Positions 18,157 through 26,241 of a stretch of 64,000 nt of DNA are shown piece after piece. Every line of letters begins with the position of its first letter. Within the stretch, counting starts at the first letter, position 1. The notes under the pieces are model-generated. The model was not told the DNA's origin and searched no databases. It saw only the letters and a program-made list of their open reading frames with translations. Source of the DNA: a phage. Where the stretch lies: the sequence record PZ445450.1. One strand, written 5' to 3'. Position numbers and translations under genes: made by a program.

Positions 18157-18218
18157 GCCTAGCGGGGCCGAAAAGGCCCCTCCTGAAATTATGAAAAAAT
18201 AAAGAGGGGTAAATCATC

Positions 18219-18455
18219 ATGATTGAACAAATTAAAAGCACTAAACCGAACGTTAACGGCAATGTTTCTCACTTTATTGGTGATAATGAAAGAGGGACAC
18301 CGTACGCTGCGGTAACAGTTCAACCGAACGGGGATTATTGGTTTACTGTATACGGATCTTATTCTTTTGGGCGTCCGGTGCATGATAGAATTTTAAAAGT
18401 AGCTAATCCGACCGGGAAGAATATCACAGCAGAAAAATTTTTTGAAAATAGTTGA
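18219..18455 (+). CDS. hypothetical protein
   Basis: aaagagggg RBS. Confidence 0.5.
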   Translation: MIEQIKSTKPNVNGNVSHFIGDNERGTPYAAVTVQPNGDYWFTVYGSYSFGRPVHDRILKVANPTGKNITAEKFFENS

Positions 18456-18479
18456 CATGACCGTATAAGACTGTAGTAT
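18452..18479 (+). promoter_or_regulatory. sigma70 promoter (TTGACA-N16-TAGTAT)
   Basis: 5' hairpin ggggc-aa-gcccc at 18490-18502, then ccaaccacaaagaggataaaaatc. Confidence 0.55.
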
Positions 18480-18527
18480 ATAAATCAAAGGGGGCAAGCC
18501 CCACCAACCACAAAGAGGATAAAAATC

Positions 18528-18707
18528 ATGGCTATTATTGCAAAGACCGAGATTGTAGGGTTAGATTCTATTCTCCTGGCATATGAGGAAGCTATAGAAA
18601 TGTATGTGGTTTCCTACGGTGAGTATATCCGTGAATATAAATCTGTTGATCTAGCTTTTGAATGTTATATTCGCCAGGTCAATAAAGCATATGATGATTA
18701 TCGTTAA
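18528..18707 (+). CDS. small hypothetical protein (59 aa)
   Basis: Full promoter-hairpin-RBS cassette upstream; below ORF-track size cut-off. Confidence 0.5.
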   Translation: MAIIAKTEIVGLDSILLAYEEAIEMYVVSYGEYIREYKSVDLAFECYIRQVNKAYDDYR

Positions 18708-18713
18708 AATAGT

Positions 18714-18741
18714 TTGACAACAATTATAAATCGGGTAGAAT
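18714..18741 (+). promoter_or_regulatory. sigma70 promoter (TTGACA-N16-TAGAAT)
   Basis: -35 18714-18719; 5' hairpin ggcggca-atga-tgccgct follows. Confidence 0.55.
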
Positions 18742-18792
18742 GTATTTCGTAGGGCGGCAATGATGCCGCTCACAACTAGAAGAGGGGTCATC

Positions 18793-18987
18793 ATGGCGCT
18801 TAAAAAACTAACAAGCAATACTCGTTGGGATGAAATCGACGGGGAAGTTTACATTTTCGCCCGTAAACCAGGGGATCAAAAATGGTCAAAGGCTTTTACT
18901 TGCCACCCTGCAACAATAGACCTGATAAAAAGGGAAGGTCTACGTGAAGCAGTATCAAGAAGCCTACTGATCCCTTGTAAAAAATAG
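18793..18987 (+). CDS. hypothetical protein
   Basis: agaagagggg RBS before internal ATG. Confidence 0.5.
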   Translation: MALKKLTSNTRWDEIDGEVYIFARKPGDQKWSKAFTCHPATIDLIKREGLREAVSRSLLIPCKK

Positions 18988-19068
18988 TTGGACAATACGC
19001 GGTTACCTGGTAAAGTGTACGACATAGGGCGGGGCAATAAGGCAACGCCCATTAATGAGGGTGGAATC

Positions 19069-19173
19069 ATGTTAGAGAAAATTTTCACGGTTGTAGTAGT
19101 GGGCCTGGCGTTATCGGTTGGAGTAGTTGCAACTATGGCTAACATGATCCTATCTTCCCACGGTATTGGATAA
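19069..19173 (+). CDS. small membrane peptide (34 aa)
   Basis: aatgagggtgg RBS; IFTVVVVGLALSVGVVATMANMIL. Confidence 0.4.
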   Translation: MLEKIFTVVVVGLALSVGVVATMANMILSSHGIG

Positions 19174-19183
19174 GGTGAATCAA

Positions 19184-19399
19184 ATGATCACGAATAAAAC
19201 AGGTAAAACAGAATTTTTACGCGGCTTGCAGATCGGCAAGCCTGAGATCTGGTATTGCACTAAAACACCACGTGACGAAATGAAAGACTTCACCGCCACG
19301 CTACAACGGGTAAAGATATCCATCACACAGAAAAAGGCCTTGATAGTGGTGGAAGGTGAGATCCCCCAAGCCGTTGTTATAGTTGAGCGTACAGCATAG
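19184..19399 (+). CDS. hypothetical protein
   Basis: aaggtg RBS before second ATG. Confidence 0.45.
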   Translation: MITNKTGKTEFLRGLQIGKPEIWYCTKTPRDEMKDFTATLQRVKISITQKKALIVVEGEIPQAVVIVERTA

Positions 19400-19488
19400 T
19401 TTAATCTATACCGTACACCCCATTAACTAACAAAGCATAAACAGGCGGCGGTGACCGCCTTAAACGCAACAGAAAGAGGATAGACACA

Positions 19489-19773
19489 ATGAAAAAGATG
19501 ATCGCAGTGGTTGCCCTGGTTGTTGGACTTAATGCGCCTGCAATGGCTAAAGAGCTGGCAAAAGAGGTAGATCTAACTGATATCCATGCCGTCAATCAAA
19601 TCGGGGTTACTTATCGCTTATGCCTTGCCGCTAAAACTTTTAAGGACGGCACTACAGAGTACTACGGATTCGAGGGCGTCCGGTGCGGTGAACTTGCTCG
19701 CGACCTTAAAGAAGATCCAGACCTGGAGGATCTGCCGATAACCGTAAACGGGAAAACTTACGTGAACCGTTAA
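19489..19773 (+). CDS. hypothetical secreted/periplasmic protein with signal peptide
   Basis: MKKMIAVVALVVGLNAPAMA then K; aaagagga RBS; 5' hairpin ggcgg-cggtga-ccgcc at 19444-19459. Confidence 0.55.
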   Translation: MKKMIAVVALVVGLNAPAMAKELAKEVDLTDIHAVNQIGVTYRLCLAAKTFKDGTTEYYGFEGVRCGELARDLKEDPDLEDLPITVNGKTYVNR

Positions 19774-19775
19774 CC

Positions 19776-19910
19776 ATGAGAAAGATAATTATTACCATAG
19801 GGATCGTGGCGGCAATGTTGGCGATCTTTCCCCTTATGGTTAGGTATGTGCTGATCAGTGTTGTCCTGGTAGTCAGCGATCTAATGTTATATATTAACTC
19901 ATTGTTTTAG
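19776..19910 (+). CDS. small membrane peptide (44 aa)
   Basis: Hydrophobic ORF IIITIGIVAAMLAIFPL...VLISVVLVV; weak RBS. Confidence 0.3.
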   Translation: MRKIIITIGIVAAMLAIFPLMVRYVLISVVLVVSDLMLYINSLF

Positions 19911-19918
19911 GTGGAATA

Positions 19919-20110
19919 ATGACAGCAGAAGAAGTTAAAAAAGTACTGGCAGTACTACGTTACCATAATCATTGCAAGGTGAAGAATGATCCTGATTATC
20001 TCGATTCATCCCTTGAAGAGGATACACTGCAAGCCATAAGCAACATGCAAGAATTGCTTAAGCGTATGACAGAGAAAAACCGACCGGACTATATAGGCGA
20101 AAAAATATAA
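19919..20110 (+). CDS. hypothetical protein
   Basis: aggtgg RBS; 63-aa ORF. Confidence 0.45.
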   Translation: MTAEEVKKVLAVLRYHNHCKVKNDPDYLDSSLEEDTLQAISNMQELLKRMTEKNRPDYIGEKI

Positions 20111-20126
20111 TCTTTATAAACCATAA

Positions 20127-20156
20127 AACAGGGCTTGTAATGGTCCTGTTTTTTGT
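20127..20156 (+). terminator. rho-independent terminator
   Basis: aacagggc ... gtcctgtt stem followed by ttttttg. Confidence 0.55.
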
Positions 20157-20170
20157 TATACTTATTTCAC

Positions 20171-20217
20171 GGCAGGCACCTGGCGACGGGGGGAGACAAT
20201 CACCGGGGGTGCCTGTC
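20171..20217. repeat. GC-rich element, inverted copy of the element at 10941..10980
   Basis: Reverse complement reads ccccggtgattgtctcccccc...ggtgcctgcc, matching 10941-10980 and, partly, 10806-10846. Confidence 0.7.
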
Positions 20218-20239
20218 ATATAAAAAACTATAAAAACCG

Positions 20240-20268
20240 TTGACACCTGCCAGGCGGTGGGGTAACAT
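20240..20268 (+). promoter_or_regulatory. sigma70-like promoter (TTGACA-N17-TAACAT)
   Basis: -35 20240-20245, -10 20263-20268. Confidence 0.5.
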
Positions 20269-20322
20269 TTATCTTGAAGGGGCAAAAGTGCTCACACAAC
20301 AACCAGAAGAGAGGAAAACGCC

Positions 20323-20595
20323 ATGTTAAGCTGGATTAACCAAGAAGTCGAATCACGTTTTAATACTATTTAGGATCTCATCGAAAAAGAGGACGGAACA
20401 TCAAGCCCTTATCTCAATAATCTTGAATTCCATTTCGTGGAAGCGATGAACGCAGAACATGATCACGAAGGTGGTGCGGACGAGTTCGCTAAAGGGTATG
20501 GCTTCAACAATGCCAACGAAATGATCGAGGCGGTTGTACTCCAGGCTGAGGAAGATTATCAATTAAAAACGCTTGAATTCTGCCGCCGTAAGTAA
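20323..20595 (+). pseudogene. cassette gene interrupted by an in-frame amber (TAG) codon at 20371-20373
   Basis: Promoter, CA-rich leader and agaagagaggaaaacgcc RBS precede ATG 20323; codon 17 is TAG, after which the same frame stays open for 73 more codons to TAA at 20593-20595. Confidence 0.45.
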
Positions 20596-20657
20596 TAAGA
20601 TAATGACACGGGCCAAAAGGCCCACTAATCAGAACCGCACAAAAAGAGAGAAAGAAA

Positions 20658-20876
20658 ATGGCAACCCGTAAAATTAAAGTTGTTTGCATTGAATCAACTG
20701 GTAGCGCTTTTGTAGTTGGTCAGAAATATAATGCGGTTTTAATGGGTACGGATTGGAAGGTTAAAGGCCTTGATGGTTACGAATACGGCACTACTCGGGG
20801 ATTGCGTGGTCGAATCGGATACGTGAGTTTTGACAACAAAGAAAAATTTGTTTTCGATATTGTTGTGAGTAAATAG
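20658..20876 (+). CDS. hypothetical protein
   Basis: 5' hairpin gggcc-aaaa-ggccc, leader cacaaaaagagagaaagaaa then ATG. Confidence 0.5.
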   Translation: MATRKIKVVCIESTGSAFVVGQKYNAVLMGTDWKVKGLDGYEYGTTRGLRGRIGYVSFDNKEKFVFDIVVSK

Positions 20877-20932
20877 CAATTCATGCTATATTATCAACTA
20901 ATCAAAACGAACCGCATAAAGAGGAAAACATC

Positions 20933-21196
20933 ATGAAACGTCTTGACCAGCTCAAACTAGTTCAGTACATGGCTTACAGAATTCTTGAAGTCCAAAAAGG
21001 TAGCAAAAAAGAAGTTTGCGAGAAAGCGTACAAGATCTTTACTCGCAAAAAAGACGATTGGATGTTACGCCAGACCAAAAAAGCCGATATCTTGGGGTAC
21101 CTGGAAGAAGAGATCCGGCTTGAAGAACAAGAAGAGATCCGCCGTAGTGAGGCAGATTATCAGGCAGCTTGGGAAAACTGGATGAGCAACAAATAA
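20933..21196 (+). CDS. hypothetical charged protein
   Basis: aaagaggaaaac RBS. Confidence 0.5.
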   Translation: MKRLDQLKLVQYMAYRILEVQKGSKKEVCEKAYKIFTRKKDDWMLRQTKKADILGYLEEEIRLEEQEEIRRSEADYQAAWENWMSNK

Positions 21197-21262
21197 TACA
21201 ACAGGTTGCATGGTCAGGGGCGATAAAGCCCCTTGATCACATAAAAATTATGCTATCCCTTG

Positions 21263-21291
21263 TTGACAGGGATCGGCAGTTTTGCTATATT
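21263..21291 (+). promoter_or_regulatory. sigma70 promoter (TTGACA-N17-TATATT)
   Basis: -35 21263-21268, -10 21286-21291. Confidence 0.55.
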
Positions 21292-21340
21292 CTTTTTTGA
21301 AGGGAAGTTGTAAGAAAATTAACTAAGAGGTAAAAACACC

Positions 21341-21760
21341 ATGAACATTAAATCTGATAATCCGGCATATAGCTTTGATAACGCTTTTTGTCACGGTCCG
21401 GCGGCGAAAGGATTCGAAATCGATGGTAAACTAATTATTGTCAATGTTGACGGGGAAGAGGTTGCAGTATATCCGGTGGCAGACGTTAAAAGCCGTCTAC
21501 AATGCCGCATAGATGTTACCGCCTATCAGCTTGATCCGGTCCGGGTAGTTGCCCTGGTCCTGGAAGAAGAAATTAAAGCAATGCACCACAGCAACAAGTT
21601 TATTGGTGACGCTCAAGATAATATGCAGGTATGCCGCTATAAAGTTAATGAAGTGCTTAAAGAGTACGGCTATAAGGATTTAATGATCAAGCGCGATGAA
21701 AAATTCCGCTACCGTAACAACCTGGCAAATCGGATTTTTGAAATATACGAATCATTATAA
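21341..21760 (+). CDS. hypothetical protein
   Basis: aagaggtaaaaac RBS; last gene of plus-strand block. Confidence 0.55.
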   Translation: MNIKSDNPAYSFDNAFCHGPAAKGFEIDGKLIIVNVDGEEVAVYPVADVKSRLQCRIDVTAYQLDPVRVVALVLEEEIKAMHHSNKFIGDAQDNMQVCRYKVNEVLKEYGYKDLMIKRDEKFRYRNNLANRIFEIYESL

Positions 21761-21780
21761 TTTCTTAACTGAATTATCAA

Positions 21781-21806
21781 GGGGCTTAAAGGCCCCTTTC
21801 TTTTTG
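21781..21806 (+). terminator. rho-independent terminator
   Basis: ggggc-ttaaag-gcccc followed by tttctttttg. Confidence 0.7.
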
Positions 21807-22421
21807 TCTGCTCTTCTCCTACCATAAACGGCCCTACCTGGCAAGTGGAATAATTGACTAGCCATCAATCCCACATACTGTACAAATATACATGGAAAAT
21901 AACTATTGCATAATCTTTCATTGTGCGGTAGCAGGGCCATTTTTACCCGTTTTCTCTCCCAAAAGTGCACGTAATGCCGCTATTGCACAAATTTTAACCT
22001 GATGCACATATCCAATATCTTGTCAACAACTAAAAATCTTTATAAGTCATACACTTATACAGCATCGAAAGCGTGTTCTACGTGAAAAATCGAGTATAAC
22101 TATAGCCGCCAGATCTCAGAATTCACGTACGCACGCCATTCTATAGCCTGCAAAGTATTTATTCCAACCACAGAATAACGGAATAGTCAATACCTGCATA
22201 AAATAATTATTCGTGTAAACTGCATAACATAAATCAGCTCAGGTGTCAACATTTTTCGTAAACAGTCCGAAATTATCACGATGAGTTATCATAAACAGAG
22301 AAATCTTTAGTCGTCTAATGTTTACTGTACATTACTATACTGACTGGAATCATTAGATGACTAAGAAAAAGATAAGAAATAATTAATAATGTAATTGTTT
22401 TATCTGTAACAATAAGGCAAC

Positions 22422-22700
22422 CATGCAAACGAATGTCATGGCGCGACGGAGTCGCGACATAATATAAAAGCAGTAACCATCACCCCCGTGATAGTTTGTC
22501 TGCAATCTATTATTCAGATCATAGTTGCCTTGTATTTAGTTAATCATGACATAACAAGCAAGGCAACTATAGCTCTGATAATAGTTGCCCTGCTTTTATA
22601 TTATGTCATAGATTGTTAGCTTGTTAACTGTCAGCCTGTTGGCTGTTAGCTTGTCAATTATTAAATTGCTAATCTTTATCATGCAAACGAATGTCATGGC
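22422..22700. repeat. Composite repeat locus: 21-bp direct repeats flanking nested inverted repeats
   Basis: catgcaaacgaatgtcatggc at 22422-22442 and 22680-22700; 18-bp inverted repeat gacataatataaaagcag (22456-22473) / ctgcttttatattatgtc (22580-22597); inner palindromes cgcgac/gtcgcg and atagttgccttg/caaggcaactat. Confidence 0.8.
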
Positions 22701-22711
22701 TTATCATCTCT

Positions 22712-22767
22712 GTGTAAACAGTTTGGGCGTAAACTATTCAGGCGTAAACAGTCTATGCGTAAACAGT
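22712..22767. repeat. Four tandem iterons with 15-bp period (G[CT]GTAAAC[AT][AG]T)
   Basis: gtgtaaacagt, gcgtaaactat, gcgtaaacagt, gcgtaaacagt at 15-bp spacing; tgttagcttgt/tgtcagcctgt repeats sit just upstream and tgtgtc repeats downstream. Confidence 0.8.
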
Positions 22768-23141
22768 GAGATATGGAATAGTAACAGCCGTTATTGTGTC
22801 ATATTGTGTGACATTGTGTCCGGTGTCTGGTGTCCAGTGTGTCAGACAAGTTTTTCTCCTCTTTGTCAAGTGCTGCATGAAAAATTTACAAACTGGTATG
22901 GTAGCATTTTTGCGGCCCTGTTTACATTCAGTTGTGTATGTATAACCCTTGTTGTGTGGGCGTTTAGACGTCTAGACGGTTGGAAGTCTGCAGGTCAATA
23001 TCTAATCTATCGGCTGCTAACTATATCCCACACAAATAGTAAGAAATATAATTGTTATGTGCGTAAACAGTAACTCATGTTATCAATCCCTGTATGTATC
23101 GCCAGTGGTGCGCATAATGGGTATTATGTTAAATTGCCCGT

Positions 23142-23178
23142 AATGATAATGGTTCTCACAATGATAGGTATTCTCATT
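23142..23178. promoter_or_regulatory. Fur-box-like palindromic motifs
   Basis: aatgataatggttctcacaatgataggtattctcatt; same motif family as 10773 and 10903. Confidence 0.35.
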
Positions 23179-23420
23179 CATCCACACAAAATAGGTTGCA
23201 AATGTTGTGCCACTGTGTGAACGGCCTGGCCTATTAATTTCCCTCACTGCCTCGATATTTGAGAATTGTTATAAGAATGAGAAGTATTCCCATTTCGTCC
23301 GCCTGGCAGCACTCCTGTAGTCCTACAAGGACTCTAGCTGAAAGCTAGACCCTTCGGGCCTCCCTGCAGGTCAGGTCAAAATCGTGGTAGAATTGGGCTT
23401 ATTCAGATATTTCTGGCCGA

Positions 23421-23961
23421 CTCTTCAGGTCTGTGTGGGAAAAGCCAACCTCTCCGGCGGGGCAGGGGGAGGTCAATTAAAAAATTTACGTGGTGTATGA
23501 AGCGCTCTTCAGGTAAGGCAGGTATTATGGGATGAAACCCTCTTCAGGCAATGATATTTGTGGGTGTGATATTTGCTGGAAAGCCAGATATGACGGGACT
23601 CCCGGCGGGGATGGGGCAGTACAGACAGGGAAAATATGGGGATGTAGTTGGGTAAATTGATCAGACAGGTAGAGTATGGAATATGTTACAAGTATGTTAA
23701 ATATGGAGGGTGAATATCTGTAGGATTTGTGTGTAAAATCAAAGACTTAAGCGGTGTTGTGGTATTTTCTATAAATAATTCAAGTTTAATAGGTAATATT
23801 TGTCTCTATCCACTCTGTGTGGTAAACAGATTCAGATGATATTGGTTTGCAAGTGTATACATAATATACAAATTAAAGATACAAGAAACCCCCCTCCCCC
23901 TTCGGCTACCATTCACCTTTTCCTCTGACTGGTACTTAAACACTTATTCAGACTCTTCAGG
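23421..23961. repeat. Dispersed direct repeats of CTCTTCAGG with degenerate ~110-bp units
   Basis: CTCTTCAGG at 23421, 23505, 23540 and 23953; ctccggcggggcaggggg and ctcccggcggggatgggg recur; no supported ORF. Confidence 0.7.
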
Positions 23962-24311
23962 TTATCACCCATATATCATATGGCAGTGACTGGTGTCCTC
24001 CGGCCCCTCTTTCGTCACCCGTCCGCTTCGCCATGCTAATGCCATAGCCAAATGTTCGGTTGTTCACCCTGTTCACTCAGGTGTATCTCCATACCCCTTC
24101 AAACCGAAGAGAACAGAAAACCCGAATTACTCGGTAAAAGAAAAGAGAAGAACTTAATTTTATCATGATAGGCAAGAATGTCAAGGCATGACTGCTCACT
24201 AAACAAGCAAACAGTCATGTGTGGAAGGTAAGTGATTGTGGTGGTAGGAAATTTAGTTGAAAGATGTGTTATAGGTGCTCCCAGCACTTTAGCCGGGTAG
24301 CTAATTGTGTG

Positions 24312-24527
24312 TCAGTCCAGTGGTTCATCACCTACTTCACTGAAATCAATGTTCATGGTCTCCTCCCAACCATCAATCTCAGCACCAGAGTAGAGATCTT
24401 TAGGACTTACTCCCAAAGCCTCAGCAACAGAGTCTATATTTAACACCTCTGGCAGGTATGATTCATCGAATTCAAGGTAAATCAGGCCACGAGTGTTGTC
24501 AGCTCCACCAAATATTTCTATCTTCAT
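24312..24527 (-). CDS. hypothetical acidic protein
   Basis: cagaggagat RBS before internal ATG of track ORF 24312..24593; last gene of minus-strand block. Confidence 0.5.
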   Translation of the reverse strand: MKIEIFGGADNTRGLIYLEFDESYLPEVLNIDSVAEALGVSPKDLYSGAEIDGWEETMNIDFSEVGDEPLD

Positions 24528-24647
24528 GAAATCTCCTCTGGAAATGAGAATGTGAACAGGGTTTATATGTTCCAATGCACTGGAATTATGCACGTTTGCC
24601 TCTTCAGGCCATGCTTTAGCATGAGGAACCTGTGTGGGCTCGGTGCT

Positions 24648-24860
24648 TCATAGTCTACCACCTCTGAACTCTTCGTGCTCAGGCATAATAGAGAACCAGA
24701 TATCTACGATGTCTTCCCACGTTAGGTCATCAGCCTCAGGATCTACCTGGAGCGAAGATGGAGAATCTTCAGAATTGAAGTTTTCCTCTTGCACTGGCTC
24801 AGTCAAGGGACATATAGTCACTCCTTTGGATGTCTCTTCAGACGCATGTGTGGTAGTCAT
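24648..24860 (-). CDS. hypothetical acidic protein
   Basis: 70-aa ORF; start overlaps stop of upstream small ORF. Confidence 0.45.
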   Translation of the reverse strand: MTTTHASEETSKGVTICPLTEPVQEENFNSEDSPSSLQVDPEADDLTWEDIVDIWFSIMPEHEEFRGGRL

Positions 24861-24946
24861 GTTCCACCCGTGAGTATTCCGGCAACAGCCGCTATGGAAG
24901 TAATGATCATCAGGATCACCACTAAAACTTCAGACAATGTTCTCAT
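24857..24946 (-). CDS. small membrane peptide (29 aa)
   Basis: ggaga RBS; LVVILMIITSIAAVAGIL; its TGA overlaps the ATG of the downstream gene. Confidence 0.3.
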   Translation of the reverse strand: MRTLSEVLVVILMIITSIAAVAGILTGGT

Positions 24947-25226
24947 TGTGTATTCCATATTCTCCAAACTGTGTGTGGATACTATCACGGGAGCGGTAAT
25001 GTGTCAACAGCAACGCCGCGAGGGTTTGGTTAAAATCCGAGCGTATGGTGATTTGGGTCAAAACGGACGTGCGTTCTCGCTACGCTCGAAAGAGAGGTTT
25101 GTTTATAGACCGTCCTTAAACGCTCTGTAACGAGATTATCTGTCCAAGGTATGCAATCGTGCACCAGATAAAGAAAAGGACGCCATAGAGCGTCCTAGGT
25201 GTCTTAAATTTGATATTTTGCTATAC

Positions 25227-25532
25227 CTATGAGGGCTTATCAAGGTTGGAGTAGCTGAAAGGTGTCAAAAGGTGATTGTCAAAATCTCTCAAACTGTCCA
25301 GATCTTTTTCCTCGTCCTGACACCATCTGTGCCTACATTTATTGTTGTAGTGCATAGAATGCATAGCGTTCTGCAACTTAACAGGCACAAGTGATTCAGG
25401 AGTGGATAGTATTGTTGGGTATGCCAGAACCACCTCAAATAGTGGGAACACATCGAAACTAAAGTCTACCTCTGCAGAGGTTGATGGCATGTAGGAGTAT
25501 TTAGCCGCCTTTGTAGACATAATCCACCTCAC
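25227..25532 (-). CDS. hypothetical protein
   Basis: 101-aa ORF; 4-nt overlap with upstream gene. Confidence 0.45.
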   Translation of the reverse strand: MRWIMSTKAAKYSYMPSTSAEVDFSFDVFPLFEVVLAYPTILSTPESLVPVKLQNAMHSMHYNNKCRHRWCQDEEKDLDSLRDFDNHLLTPFSYSNLDKPS

Positions 25533-25855
25533 ACAGGTTTGATAATACCTTTACCGAATAATTCTTCGTATCTAATCTTATCCGGATCCCACTCCTGGAT
25601 AATTTCGAAGACAATATCCAACCCAGGGATAATCACTTCTCCAGTGTCAAGTTTGGCAAGAACAAAACCAGAAGGCTGAATGGTTTCCCAGTTGCGACGA
25701 TTGGAATAGAAGACCTCGAAAATATCACCGACCTTGATCTGTTGATCAAGATGTTCAAGATTCTCTTTCATATAGATGCAGCGGATTTTTCGTGCAGGCC
25801 ATAGACCGCCTGCATCACGTTCATTTAGTTCTTTTACAGTAATCGGTATACCCAT
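25529..25855 (-). CDS. hypothetical protein
   Basis: 108-aa ORF in operon. Confidence 0.5.
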   Translation of the reverse strand: MGIPITVKELNERDAGGLWPARKIRCIYMKENLEHLDQQIKVGDIFEVFYSNRRNWETIQPSGFVLAKLDTGEVIIPGLDIVFEIIQEWDPDKIRYEELFGKGIIKPV

Positions 25856-25907
25856 CTCAAATCTCCTTCATGGATAGTAAAAGAGGGGCTTGGGCCCCTC
25901 TTTGTCA

Positions 25908-26213
25908 TTATTCTACAGAGCGTTTGAACAGAATGTCTGCCTCAGACATGTGCTCAACCTCTTCTTCGATTTTAGCTCGACGTTTTTCAGCCTCATAGCG
26001 AATATCGAACTCGGTAGCCACCAGAGATTTGATGAATTTAGGAGAATACAGATGATCCTGCTTCTCAACAAGAATGATATCCTTGATGGCATCTTTCAGA
26101 TCTTTAATCTGAAGCTGGAGTTCCACCAGTTCTTCGATTGTTTTGCGAAGGCGATCACGTTCTGCAGTGTCAGAAGGAAGAGAGGTGAACAGTTCAACTT
26201 TAGATTTAGCCAT
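25908..26213 (-). CDS. hypothetical charged helical protein
   Basis: 101-aa ORF. Confidence 0.5.
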   Translation of the reverse strand: MAKSKVELFTSLPSDTAERDRLRKTIEELVELQLQIKDLKDAIKDIILVEKQDHLYSPKFIKSLVATEFDIRYEAEKRRAKIEEEVEHMSEADILFKRSVE

Positions 26214-26241
26214 AGTAGGAGTCTCCTTATGTTGTTTTAAA

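Noticed and set aside
22621-23073. 150-aa plus-strand track ORF crossing the iteron region
   Set aside because: No RBS; its repetitive VNS peptide simply mirrors the GCGTAAACAGT iterons; it lies in the convergent non-coding zone and is better explained as an artefact of repeat DNA.
22712-23961. CRISPR array as explanation for the direct repeats
   Set aside because: Repeat units are 9-15 bp with little or no unique spacer, irregular in places, and there are no cas genes; the pattern matches iterons or protein-binding arrays.
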